A stretch of 27,298 nucleotides of DNA, taken from contig CAKZQI010000030.1 in the NCBI GenBank assembly GCA_937139515.1, positions 1-27,298 of the forward strand. Reading direction: 5' to 3'. Below are positions 1 through 7,556 of the stretch, one piece after another. The notes under the pieces were generated by a model, which had not been told where the DNA came from, ran no database searches, and saw nothing but the letters and a program-made list of their open reading frames with translations. Each line of letters opens with the position of its first letter. Position 1 is the stretch's first letter. The position numbers and the translations under genes are program-made. The stretch is from an uncultured Armatimonadetes bacterium (GTDB lineage: Bacteria > Armatimonadota > Fimbriimonadia > Fimbriimonadales > GBS-DC).

Positions 1-114
1 GGGGGTGTTTGGGGGTTTGGGTGCGGTGGCATGGGGGATGGGTTGTGAAGTTGGGCGGTTTGATTGCGATGTTGAACTCAACTCAGGAACCCTTGTCAGG
101 AGGTCGGGGGTGAG

Positions 115-143
115 GTCAGATTCTTCGCTGCGCTCAAAATGAC
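115..143. repeat. Partial copy (one arm) of the ~70-bp GTCATCCTGAGCG...CGCTCAGGATGAC palindromic element family
   Basis: Plus strand reads cagattcttcgctgcgctcaaaatgac. This resembles the right arm gagattcttcgcttcgctcaggatgac of the full copy at 21533-21603. Confidence 0.4.
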
Positions 144-206
144 AAAATGGGGACGAGGAGCACGAGCGGGCGAGACGCCCGCGCTCCCAGACAAAAGTTC
201 GCACCG

Positions 207-950
207 CTACCGAAAGCCCTGAACCAGCGCCTGCGCCAAAATGCCCCAACCGTTCGCCAGCGTGAACACCAACAACTTCGCCGGAAGCGACACAATCACC
301 GGGGGCAACATCATCATTCCCATCGAGAGCAGAATGCTCGCCACAATCAGGTCAATAATCAAAAACGGGATGAAGATGTAGAAGCCGATCAGAAAAGCGG
401 TCTTCAACTCGCTGAGAATGAAGGCGGGGATGAGCGTTGTGAGCGGCAGCTCGTCGGCAGTGCGTGGGGCGGGTTGCTTGCTGAGGCGGATGAACAGGTT
501 GAGGTCTTCGGTGTAGGTTTGGCGGAGCATAAAGGCGCGTACGGGCTTCTGAGCGCGCTGGGTCGCCTCTTGGAAAGTAATCTCTTGGCGCATATACGGC
601 TCCAGCGCTGTGCGGTTTATCTCGTCCAGCGTCGGCGCCATCACATAGAAGGTCAGGAACAGGCTCAGCCCTATCAGCACAGGGTTCGGCGGGATGTTGG
701 GCGTGCCTAACGCACTCTTGAGGAACGACAGCACAATCACAATCCGCGTGAACGCCGTCATCATCAACAGAATAGAGGGCGCCACCGAGAGCAAGGTCAA
801 CAGCGCCAGGATTTGAAGCGAGGTAGAGACCTCTTGTGGGTTGCGGGCGTTGCCGACCTCAACGCTCACGCGGGGCAGAGGCACGGTCTCCTGCGCCATC
901 AACGCAAGTGGAACCAGCCCCAAAACGATCACCCAAACCCAGCGGTTCAT
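207..950 (-). CDS. fliP: Flagellar biosynthesis protein FliP (type III export apparatus)
   Basis: 247 aa with a signal peptide. Conserved FliP block TAFTRIVIVLSFLKSALGT..PPNPVLIGLSLFLTFYVMAP and multi-TM architecture. Start overlaps the fliO stop (ATGA). Confidence 0.9.
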   Translation of the reverse strand: MNRWVWVIVLGLVPLALMAQETVPLPRVSVEVGNARNPQEVSTSLQILALLTLLSVAPSILLMMTAFTRIVIVLSFLKSALGTPNIPPNPVLIGLSLFLTFYVMAPTLDEINRTALEPYMRQEITFQEATQRAQKPVRAFMLRQTYTEDLNLFIRLSKQPAPRTADELPLTTLIPAFILSELKTAFLIGFYIFIPFLIIDLIVASILLSMGMMMLPPVIVSLPAKLLVFTLANGWGILAQALVQGFR

Positions 951-1513
951 ACGCCTCTCCCCAATAGCGTCTCCAGTTTCTGGCGGGTCTGTTGCAGGCG
1001 TGTTTGGACCTGCTGTTCCGTTTCGCGCTGGTAGTCCGAAGGGGGGCTATACGGCTGGGCGCGTCGGAGGGTTTGTTCAAAAGTGGCGTCGGCGGGAGCG
1101 GGGTTCGCTTCGGGCAGGGTGTCGGTCAGGTCAGCGATCAGTTGAAGCCCTTGCGGGGTACTGCCCACGAGGAGCAGTTTATCGCGCGCCTTGACCAGCA
1201 TCAGGCTCCCACCCGGCACCGCGCGGGTTTCAATCACCTTGACCTGTCCATCCACAGGGGAGCCGTTGCCCGTTTTGCTCGCCCAGCCGAGCAGTTTGGG
1301 CAAGCCGTAGCGTAGCCCGACGGCGACCACCCCCAGCGCCAGCGTCGCCTGAAGCCAGTTGAGCGAACCCCCTGAACTGGGCGGGGGCGCAATCCCGACG
1401 GGCGACCCTGTCCGCGTGCCGAACGCCCCCGGCTCCAGCGAAGCGTTCGGCTCCTGAGTCCACAGGCAGGCGACAAGCGCAATCCACAACCCTATTAGTG
1501 CGACGGTTCTCAT
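947..1513 (-). CDS. fliO: Flagellar biosynthesis protein FliO-like (single-TM, Pro/Gly-rich)
   Basis: 188 aa. One N-terminal TM helix then a Pro/Gly-rich region. It sits immediately between fliN/Y and fliP with 1-nt and 4-nt junctions, the canonical fliO position. The sequence itself is poorly conserved. Confidence 0.6.
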   Translation of the reverse strand: MRTVALIGLWIALVACLWTQEPNASLEPGAFGTRTGSPVGIAPPPSSGGSLNWLQATLALGVVAVGLRYGLPKLLGWASKTGNGSPVDGQVKVIETRAVPGGSLMLVKARDKLLLVGSTPQGLQLIADLTDTLPEANPAPADATFEQTLRRAQPYSPPSDYQRETEQQVQTRLQQTRQKLETLLGRGV

Positions 1514-1514
1514 C

Positions 1515-2459
1515 TTAGGCTCCTAACTTTTGCACGCGCTCGGCGGGCGAGAGGATTTCGGTGATACGCACAGCGAAGTTATCTTCCACCACGACCACCT
1601 CGCCCCGCGCAATCAGTTTGCCGTTGACCAGCACCTCAACGGGTTCGCCCGCCGTTTTATGAAGTTCAATGATAGACCCTGTGCCGATTTCCAGCAGTTC
1701 GCGCACTGCCAAGTTCACGCGCCCCAGCTCCACCGAGACCTCCAACGGGATGTCCAGTAGGAGGTCTAAGTTGCGTTCGGTGGGTTCCTCCGGCTCGGCG
1801 AACGGGTTGAACGCCATTGGCGTCGCTGTGGGGGCAGGCGTTTCGGGTTCGCTGAGGAGTGAGGCGAGCGGGTCATCTTGGGCAGGTTGCAAACCTAGCA
1901 AAGCGCGTGCCAGCCCCTCTGTGAGAAGCCAAGTGAGCGTGAACGGCGTGCGGTCTGGTATCTGAACCGTGAAGCGAGTGACGATTACCTCGTCCACAAT
2001 CAAGAAGTTGGGCGGGAAGGTCACCGGTTCGTGGTGCGCTTGGGGGTCAGCAGGGCTGAAAGCGGTATTGCGCAGGTTCCCGAACGCTATCGCCAAGCCT
2101 TGGCTAAGGTGTCCTGCGAACTCCTTGAACAGCTGGACGACGGTCTCGTCTATCGTTTCGCTCGGCGTGCCTGTGAGTGCCTCAATGAGCGCTTTTTCGG
2201 TCTCGGCGCGCTCGCTCATCTGGTCGCCCACGACAACCAGGCTCGGCTCATCAGACGCCTCACGGAAGCCAATCTGGGCGTACAACACCGGGTCGGCGGT
2301 GAGCAGGGTCAGGTCGGTGATGGGCACCGCTTGACTGGTGGGCGTCGGGATTTCCACCAGCACATTATTCTGCTCCGAGAGCTGCATCGCCACCGTCTGC
2401 CAGACGGTTTCTTGCTTGACCACGAACTGCGTTAGGACTTCGGGCTTCACCGTGCTCAC
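1515..2459 (-). CDS. fliN: Flagellar motor switch protein FliN/FliY (C-terminal SpoA/FliN domain with extended N-terminal domain)
   Basis: 314 aa. C-terminus LLLDIPLEVSVELGRVNLAVRELLEIGTGSIIELHKTAGEPVEVLVNGKLIARGEVVVVEDNFAVRITEI is the FliN surface-presentation domain. The long N-terminal region suggests a FliY-type protein. Confidence 0.85.
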   Translation of the reverse strand: MSTVKPEVLTQFVVKQETVWQTVAMQLSEQNNVLVEIPTPTSQAVPITDLTLLTADPVLYAQIGFREASDEPSLVVVGDQMSERAETEKALIEALTGTPSETIDETVVQLFKEFAGHLSQGLAIAFGNLRNTAFSPADPQAHHEPVTFPPNFLIVDEVIVTRFTVQIPDRTPFTLTWLLTEGLARALLGLQPAQDDPLASLLSEPETPAPTATPMAFNPFAEPEEPTERNLDLLLDIPLEVSVELGRVNLAVRELLEIGTGSIIELHKTAGEPVEVLVNGKLIARGEVVVVEDNFAVRITEILSPAERVQKLGA

Positions 2460-2462
2460 AGG

Positions 2463-3473
2463 CTAATCCTCCGTAACGATATCAGTAATGCTAACGACAT
2501 AGCGTCGGTTGCGGATGGCGGGTTTGCCACGATATTTCAGTTTATCTTCAATCAGCACATCAATCTTGCCGTTCGTTGGGGCATTGAGGACGAGCGTATC
2601 GCCCACTTTGAGTTCCAGTAGTTGTTTGAGGGTCATTCGGGTGCGCCCCAAGCGTGCGTGGCAGGTCATTCGGGTCTGCTTGAGGTGTTGGGTGAGCGCA
2701 TGGCGGATGTAGGGTGTGGTGCGCTTGCCTGAGGCAGAGACCCAGTTCTGCGAGCTGAGGCGTGGGGTAATCGGCTTGATGACCATGTGGGGCACACAGA
2801 GGCTCATCGCATCGCGTCGGTCGCCCACGCGTGCCTCCATCAGCGCAGTAATCACAATATCGCTGGGGGGCGCCACCTGAACGAACTGGGCGCTGGTCTC
2901 CAAACTCTCCACCTGCGGGTCCAGTTGCAAGATGCTCTCCCACGCACTACGAAACGCCATCAGCGCACGCTCTGCCAGCGCAATCACGAGGGGACGCTCT
3001 ATGTCGGTGAAGTTGTTGCGCTCAATCGGGCGCCCGACCCCTCCCAGCAGGCGGTCAATCAGCGTGAACACCAGCGAGTACTCCATCTCCAAAACCGACT
3101 CGCCCGTGAGGGGAGGCGAGGCGAAGATGATGAAGCACGACTCCTTGAGCGAGCGCATATAATCCTCGTAGGGGATTTGTTCCAGCGAGATAAGTTCAAT
3201 ATGCACGGGCACGCGTAGGTAGGTGGCGAAGTTGGTGGCGCACAGGCGGGCAAAGGTCTCAAATACCATTTGGAGGGTACGCAGTTGGTCACGCGAGAAC
3301 TTGTCGGGGCGTCGGAAGTCGTACACCTCGTAGGCGATCATGCGCTTCTGGTTGGCTCGCGTGCCGACCGGTGTCGCAGCGGGCGACCCAAAATCGGCTC
3401 CTGAGGAACCCTCGTCCGCACTCAGCGAGGCTAATAACGCCTCAATCTCGGCTTGCGAAAGAATCTCGCTCAC
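2463..3473 (-). CDS. fliM: Flagellar motor switch protein FliM
   Basis: 336 aa. N-terminal LSQAEIEALL CheY-P binding motif. FliM middle domain and a C-terminal FliN-like domain (GKIDVLIEDKLKYRGKPAI). Confidence 0.9.
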   Translation of the reverse strand: MSEILSQAEIEALLASLSADEGSSGADFGSPAATPVGTRANQKRMIAYEVYDFRRPDKFSRDQLRTLQMVFETFARLCATNFATYLRVPVHIELISLEQIPYEDYMRSLKESCFIIFASPPLTGESVLEMEYSLVFTLIDRLLGGVGRPIERNNFTDIERPLVIALAERALMAFRSAWESILQLDPQVESLETSAQFVQVAPPSDIVITALMEARVGDRRDAMSLCVPHMVIKPITPRLSSQNWVSASGKRTTPYIRHALTQHLKQTRMTCHARLGRTRMTLKQLLELKVGDTLVLNAPTNGKIDVLIEDKLKYRGKPAIRNRRYVVSITDIVTED

Positions 3474-3514
3474 GGTATGTCCACCTCCTGTGCCCTAAAC
3501 CCCTTGTGGTTCGC

Positions 3515-3540
3515 TCCTGCTTGATTATCGGCAGGTTCAG
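3515..3540 (-). promoter_or_regulatory. Candidate sigma-28 (FliA)-type promoter for the fliM operon
   Basis: Minus strand reads CAAAAACTACCTGAACCTGCCGATAAT. GCCGATAA matches the FliA -10 consensus exactly. An A-rich -35-like element lies about 13 nt upstream, roughly 40 nt upstream of the fliM start. Confidence 0.4.
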
Positions 3541-3573
3541 GTAGTTTTTGCAGGGGTGGATGGGTTGGTGAGC

Positions 3574-3643
3574 GTCTCCCCCTGTTAGCCCGAGCGTTAG
3601 TAAGGGGTCTCAAACAGAGTGCGCGCACACCCTTCAGGATGAC
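3574..3643. repeat. Diverged copy of the ~70-bp palindromic element (same termini as 21533-21603)
   Basis: gttagcCCGAGCGTTAGTAAGGGGTCTC...CAGGATGAC. It shares the left arm and the terminal CAGGATGAC with the full copy; the internal and right-arm sequence differs. Confidence 0.45.
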
Positions 3644-3720
3644 AAGAAGCCTTGCGAGTGTGATTGAAATCACTGAAAAGGCGACCTTTTGTTAAGGTAG
3701 TTTTAGAGCGGAGGTGCACC

Positions 3721-4515
3721 ATGAACCTACCTGAACTCAGTTATGTGCAGTACTGGTTGGTGTACAATGCCTTTTCGTTTACCATAGCGGTGATGGCAGC
3801 GTCAGGGCTTTTCTTCCTGCTTGCCCGCAGCTATGTCGCCCCGAAGTACCATATTGCGCTCTATCTCTCCGCGTTAGTTGTGTTCATCGCTGGGTATCAC
3901 TACTTCCGCATCTTCCTGAGCTGGGATGAGGCGTACGATTTCAGCCAAGCCTCAGGAACCTATGTGCCCAGTGGTAAGCCGTTCAACGACTTCTATCGTT
4001 ATGCGGACTGGCTGATTACCGTACCGTTGCTTCTGACCGAGCTTATCTATGTGATGGCACTGCCTCGTGCGAAGGCGAATAGCCTCATCACCCGCTTGGT
4101 CATCGCGTCGGTGATTATGTTAGTGACCGGCTATCCTGGAGAGATAGCGCGCGACGATATGACGACCCGTCTCATCTGGTTCGTGCCCAGCACGCTGGCG
4201 TTCATCTACATCCTGTATGTGCTGGCGACGGAGCTGAACCGTGTGGTTGCTGAAGCGAAGTTCTCAGAAGCCGTCAACCGACGCATCTTCGCAGCGCGCA
4301 ACCTGACGATTATTACCTGGCTGTTCTATCCGATTGCCTATCTGGTGCCTGTGTTCGGCATTTCGGGTGCCACGGCTGAGGTAATCGTCCAGCTTGGCTA
4401 TAGCATCGCCGACCTGACCGCTAAGGCGCTGTTCGGCGTGATGCTCTACCTGATTGCTCGCGAGAAGACCCTGGCAGAAGAGCCAGAGTACGCTCGCACC
4501 GCCGCGACCCCGTAA
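3721..4515 (+). CDS. Microbial rhodopsin, xanthorhodopsin/Gloeobacter-rhodopsin-like proton pump (DTE motif)
   Basis: 7-TM protein. Helix C RYADWLITVPLLLTE gives a D/T/E proton-pump triad, and helix G has SIADLTAKALFG with the Schiff-base Lys. Strong similarity, recalled from memory, to Gloeobacter rhodopsin blocks (VYNAFSF, IAGYHYFRIF, TGYPGEI, YPIAYL). RBS GGAGGT sits 7 nt before the ATG at 3721. The upstream in-frame ATG at 3664 is probably not the start. Confidence 0.85.
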   Translation: MNLPELSYVQYWLVYNAFSFTIAVMAASGLFFLLARSYVAPKYHIALYLSALVVFIAGYHYFRIFLSWDEAYDFSQASGTYVPSGKPFNDFYRYADWLITVPLLLTELIYVMALPRAKANSLITRLVIASVIMLVTGYPGEIARDDMTTRLIWFVPSTLAFIYILYVLATELNRVVAEAKFSEAVNRRIFAARNLTIITWLFYPIAYLVPVFGISGATAEVIVQLGYSIADLTAKALFGVMLYLIAREKTLAEEPEYARTAATP

Positions 4516-4581
4516 ACTCACCATTTGGTGCGACTCCTCCATAGGGGTCGCACCCACTCCAAAGACGAGGAGGCTGATGTT

Positions 4582-5376
4582 ATGAAAAAGAATGGTTTTA
4601 CCCTTATAGAGCTGCTGGTCGTGATAGCGATTATAGCGATACTGGCGGCGATATTGTTCCCTGTATTTGCACAGGCTCGTGAACGGGCACGCTCGGCAAC
4701 CTGTCTCAGCAACCTGAAGCAGACCGCGCTCGCGACCAGCATGTATGTCCAAGACTATGATGAAACCTTCCCGGTGAATTTGTACCTGAACTTCCAGCCC
4801 AGCGGTACGCCGTGTGTGTTCTCGTTCTACCAAGCGATTTACCCCTACCAGAAGAGTGCAGAGGTGTGGGTCTGCCCTTCCAACCCGCAGGCAGTGGACA
4901 TTCAGCTTGCCTTCCAGCTGGTGCAGCTACCGCCTATCTGCCAACCTGCCTTGAAGTTCTACAGCTACGATTTCAACTTCGGGCTGATAGATTTCGGTGT
5001 GGATAACAATCTATTCCCTGGCACAGGTCGCGCTGTCAAGCGATTGGCTCAGATAGAGTACCCTGTTGAGACGGCGGTCATCTATGACGGTTCTATTGTG
5101 TTCCAAGGAGGACCGTTCAACCTGTTTGATACCCCGATTGAGGGGCGCCACGCAGAGTCAGCAAACGCGAACTATGTAGACGGACACACCAAAGTGGTGC
5201 GCCTGAGAAAGATGCTCGACTCGTCCGGACGATGGCTCTTTGGGCGTGCGATGGACAACCGATCCAATGTTTACGGTTGGCTGGTGTCCGACGGCGGTCC
5301 TTACAACGACCGCTATCAGATGCGGGGCATTCCGACACGCAACGCCGATGGCACTTGGGGCTTGATTGACCCCTGA
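4582..5376 (+). CDS. Prepilin-type N-terminal cleavage/methylation domain protein, H-X9-DG (DUF1559) family
   Basis: N-terminus [27 protein letters not shown] is a type IV pilin-like signal with G/F/E+5. C-terminal [12 protein letters not shown] matches the H-X9-DG motif. RBS AGGAGG precedes the ATG at 4582. Confidence 0.85.
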   Translation: MKKNGFTLIELLVVIAIIAILAAILFPVFAQARERARSATCLSNLKQTALATSMYVQDYDETFPVNLYLNFQPSGTPCVFSFYQAIYPYQKSAEVWVCPSNPQAVDIQLAFQLVQLPPICQPALKFYSYDFNFGLIDFGVDNNLFPGTGRAVKRLAQIEYPVETAVIYDGSIVFQGGPFNLFDTPIEGRHAESANANYVDGHTKVVRLRKMLDSSGRWLFGRAMDNRSNVYGWLVSDGGPYNDRYQMRGIPTRNADGTWGLIDP

Positions 5377-5402
5377 AGGCTTCCAAAGTCCTCACTATCT
5401 CG

Positions 5403-5442
5403 CATCCCCACCCTCTTTATGGAAGGTGGGGATGTGGTTTTG
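5403..5442 (+). terminator. Rho-independent terminator between convergent genes
   Basis: Perfect 10-bp inverted repeat CATCCCCACC-ctctttatggaa-GGTGGGGATG, followed by TGGTTTTGT. Confidence 0.6.
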
Positions 5443-7446
5443 TCAGAGGTATCGCTTCCACCAATCCAGATAGCGCTCTAAGCGGTCGCGGCGCAGGTCG
5501 GGGAGTCCACTGCGCGAGAGACCGTGGCTACTTTCCTGCGGATAGCGCACATACAGCACCTCGCGCCCTAACCGTTTGAGCGCAGAGAACAGCTGGTCTG
5601 CTTCACTGATGGGACAGCGCAGGTCGCCCTCGCTGTGGACAATCAGCAAGGGAGTGTGAATGCGCCCTGCCGAGGCGAGGGGTGAACACTCCCACAGTTT
5701 CTGAGGCTCATCCCAAAAGTTGCCCTTCCAATAACGGTTGGGGATTTGCGGGAAGTCGGAAGTCCCGCCCATACTCACAAGGTTCACGACACTGCGGTCG
5801 GTGATTGCCGCTTTGAAGCGGTCGGTGTGTCCCACAATCCAGTTGGTCATATACCCGCCGTAGCTCCCGCCTGCGACGCCCATCCGTTCGGGGTCTACAA
5901 ACGGCAGGCTCTGCAGATAATCGGCGACGCTCATCAGGTCTTTGAAGTCGCTGTTGCCCCAATCGCCCCGAATGGCGCGGGCGAACTCCTCGCCGTAGCC
6001 CATGCTCCCGCGCGGGTTGGTGTAGGCGACCACATAGCCCTCCGCTGCGTGCAGTTGGAACTCGTGGAAGAACACGCGCCCATACATCGCGTGCGGACCG
6101 CCGTGTATCATTAGGATGGTGGGGTAGCGTTTACTGGGGTCAAAGTCAGGCGGTTTCATCAGCCAGCCGTGGATTTTGACGCCATCATCGGCTTCCACCT
6201 CAAACTCTTCGGGCGCCACAATCTCCACCTCGTCCAACAGCGGCTGGTTGAGGGCAGTGAGCGGGCGCGTGTGGAGGGTGTTGCCCGTGCGCTCGGCGTA
6301 ATGCACCTCGTGCGGTTGGGTAGGCGAGCCAACGAGCATCGCCATTCGGTGCGCATCGCCTGCGATAGAGAGGTCTGCCACTTCAAAGTCGCCGTCCATC
6401 AGTTTCTCCAAGTGGGTGCCGTCGCGTCGCACACGATAAGGATAGACCCCGCCCCGCTCACTCACGAGGAAATAAATCATTTCGCTATCAGCGCTCCAGA
6501 GCAGGGGTGCGCCCCCACCGAACTCGCGCACATCGGTCAGCGTGCTGACCCCGACCGTGTTGTCCAAGTTCGGAATGAGGTCTACGGCGTCGCCCCCCTC
6601 CACCGACACGAGCCACACATGGTCGTTGCGCGGGTACGACTCTTCGGGGTCGGGGTTGCCGATGTAGGCAAGGTGCTTGCCATCGGGCGACCAGCGCAGG
6701 ACATATTTGGGTCCGTAGGGAGCGTCCACACGACGCGGTTCGCCCCCCTCGGCAGGCACAATCCAGATATCTACCTTGCCCGGCTCGTTATCGGGGTCGG
6801 GCTGACGGTTGCTGAGAAAGGCGATGCTCTTTCCGTCGGGCGACCAAGTGGGGCTGGACTCGCTGTAGGCGGAGTCCGTGGTGAGCTGGCGCATCTCGCC
6901 CGTCGCCACATCCACCACATAGAGGTGATAGCGTTGATTGAGGAACACACCGTCGCCGTCCAGCCGCCAGTAGGCGCGCTCAATCACGAGGGGTGGGTTG
7001 GATAGCCCTTTCTCTTGGCGTTCTTTGCGGGCGCGCTCGCGCCATTCAGGAGCAGTTTCGCGGTAAGTGAAGGCAATTTGGGTGCCATCGGGCGACCAAG
7101 CGAACTCGCCGATACTGCCCTCTTCCAAGCTCGTAAGCGGGCGTGCCTCACCCCCGTCCGCTGGAATGAGGTAGATTTGGCTCTTGGGCTTCTGACGGTT
7201 GCTAATAAAAGCAATCTGTTTGCCGTCGGGCGACCATCGGGGCTGGGAGTCGCTCCATTCGCCATAGGTAAAGGGTTGAGGCTGGTCTTCCCCAACCCGC
7301 ACACGCCACAAGTTAGAGAAATATTTATTCTTCTCGGTATCAATCCATTTGTACACGAACACCACCTGCGAGCCGTCGGGCGCGATTTGAGGACTGCCCA
7401 ACAAACGGATACGAAACAGGTCGTCAATAGTGATTTTGCGTTTCAT
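5443..7446 (-). CDS. S9-family serine peptidase (prolyl oligopeptidase/acylaminoacyl-peptidase-like) with N-terminal TolB-like beta-propeller
   Basis: Repeated WSPDGK/WSPDGT propeller motifs. C-terminal alpha/beta hydrolase with GGSYGGYMT nucleophile elbow (GxSxGG). Start chosen at MKRKITIDD (ATG 7444-7446), which has RBS GGAGGT. The longer ORF to 7518 is probably an over-extension. Confidence 0.8.
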   Translation of the reverse strand: MKRKITIDDLFRIRLLGSPQIAPDGSQVVFVYKWIDTEKNKYFSNLWRVRVGEDQPQPFTYGEWSDSQPRWSPDGKQIAFISNRQKPKSQIYLIPADGGEARPLTSLEEGSIGEFAWSPDGTQIAFTYRETAPEWRERARKERQEKGLSNPPLVIERAYWRLDGDGVFLNQRYHLYVVDVATGEMRQLTTDSAYSESSPTWSPDGKSIAFLSNRQPDPDNEPGKVDIWIVPAEGGEPRRVDAPYGPKYVLRWSPDGKHLAYIGNPDPEESYPRNDHVWLVSVEGGDAVDLIPNLDNTVGVSTLTDVREFGGGAPLLWSADSEMIYFLVSERGGVYPYRVRRDGTHLEKLMDGDFEVADLSIAGDAHRMAMLVGSPTQPHEVHYAERTGNTLHTRPLTALNQPLLDEVEIVAPEEFEVEADDGVKIHGWLMKPPDFDPSKRYPTILMIHGGPHAMYGRVFFHEFQLHAAEGYVVAYTNPRGSMGYGEEFARAIRGDWGNSDFKDLMSVADYLQSLPFVDPERMGVAGGSYGGYMTNWIVGHTDRFKAAITDRSVVNLVSMGGTSDFPQIPNRYWKGNFWDEPQKLWECSPLASAGRIHTPLLIVHSEGDLRCPISEADQLFSALKRLGREVLYVRYPQESSHGLSRSGLPDLRRDRLERYLDWWKRYL

Positions 7447-7556
7447 AGGAACCTCCAAGCCTCTGGTTCGCAGTGGTGGGAATTGTTCCTGCCTTCGGGC
7501 AGGCTGGGGGAAGGGCAAGACAGATTTGAAGGAACCCCTCCCCCAAGTGTTGGCTG

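Noticed and set aside
1-206. Expected fliQ gene downstream of fliP
   Set aside because: No frame on the minus strand of 1-206 encodes a FliQ-like hydrophobic 89-aa protein. The region instead contains a half copy of the palindromic repeat and G-tracts. fliQ, if present, lies beyond the window or elsewhere.
147-710. Plus-strand 187-aa ORF (Arg/His/Gln-rich)
   Set aside because: It lies entirely antisense to the well-supported fliP CDS. The low-complexity basic composition is typical of a GC-rich antisense frame.
3664-3720. Upstream extension of the rhodopsin ORF (MKSLKRRPFVKVVLERRCT)
   Set aside because: No RBS at 3664. The ATG at 3721 is preceded by GGAGGT at optimal spacing and aligns with rhodopsin N-termini.
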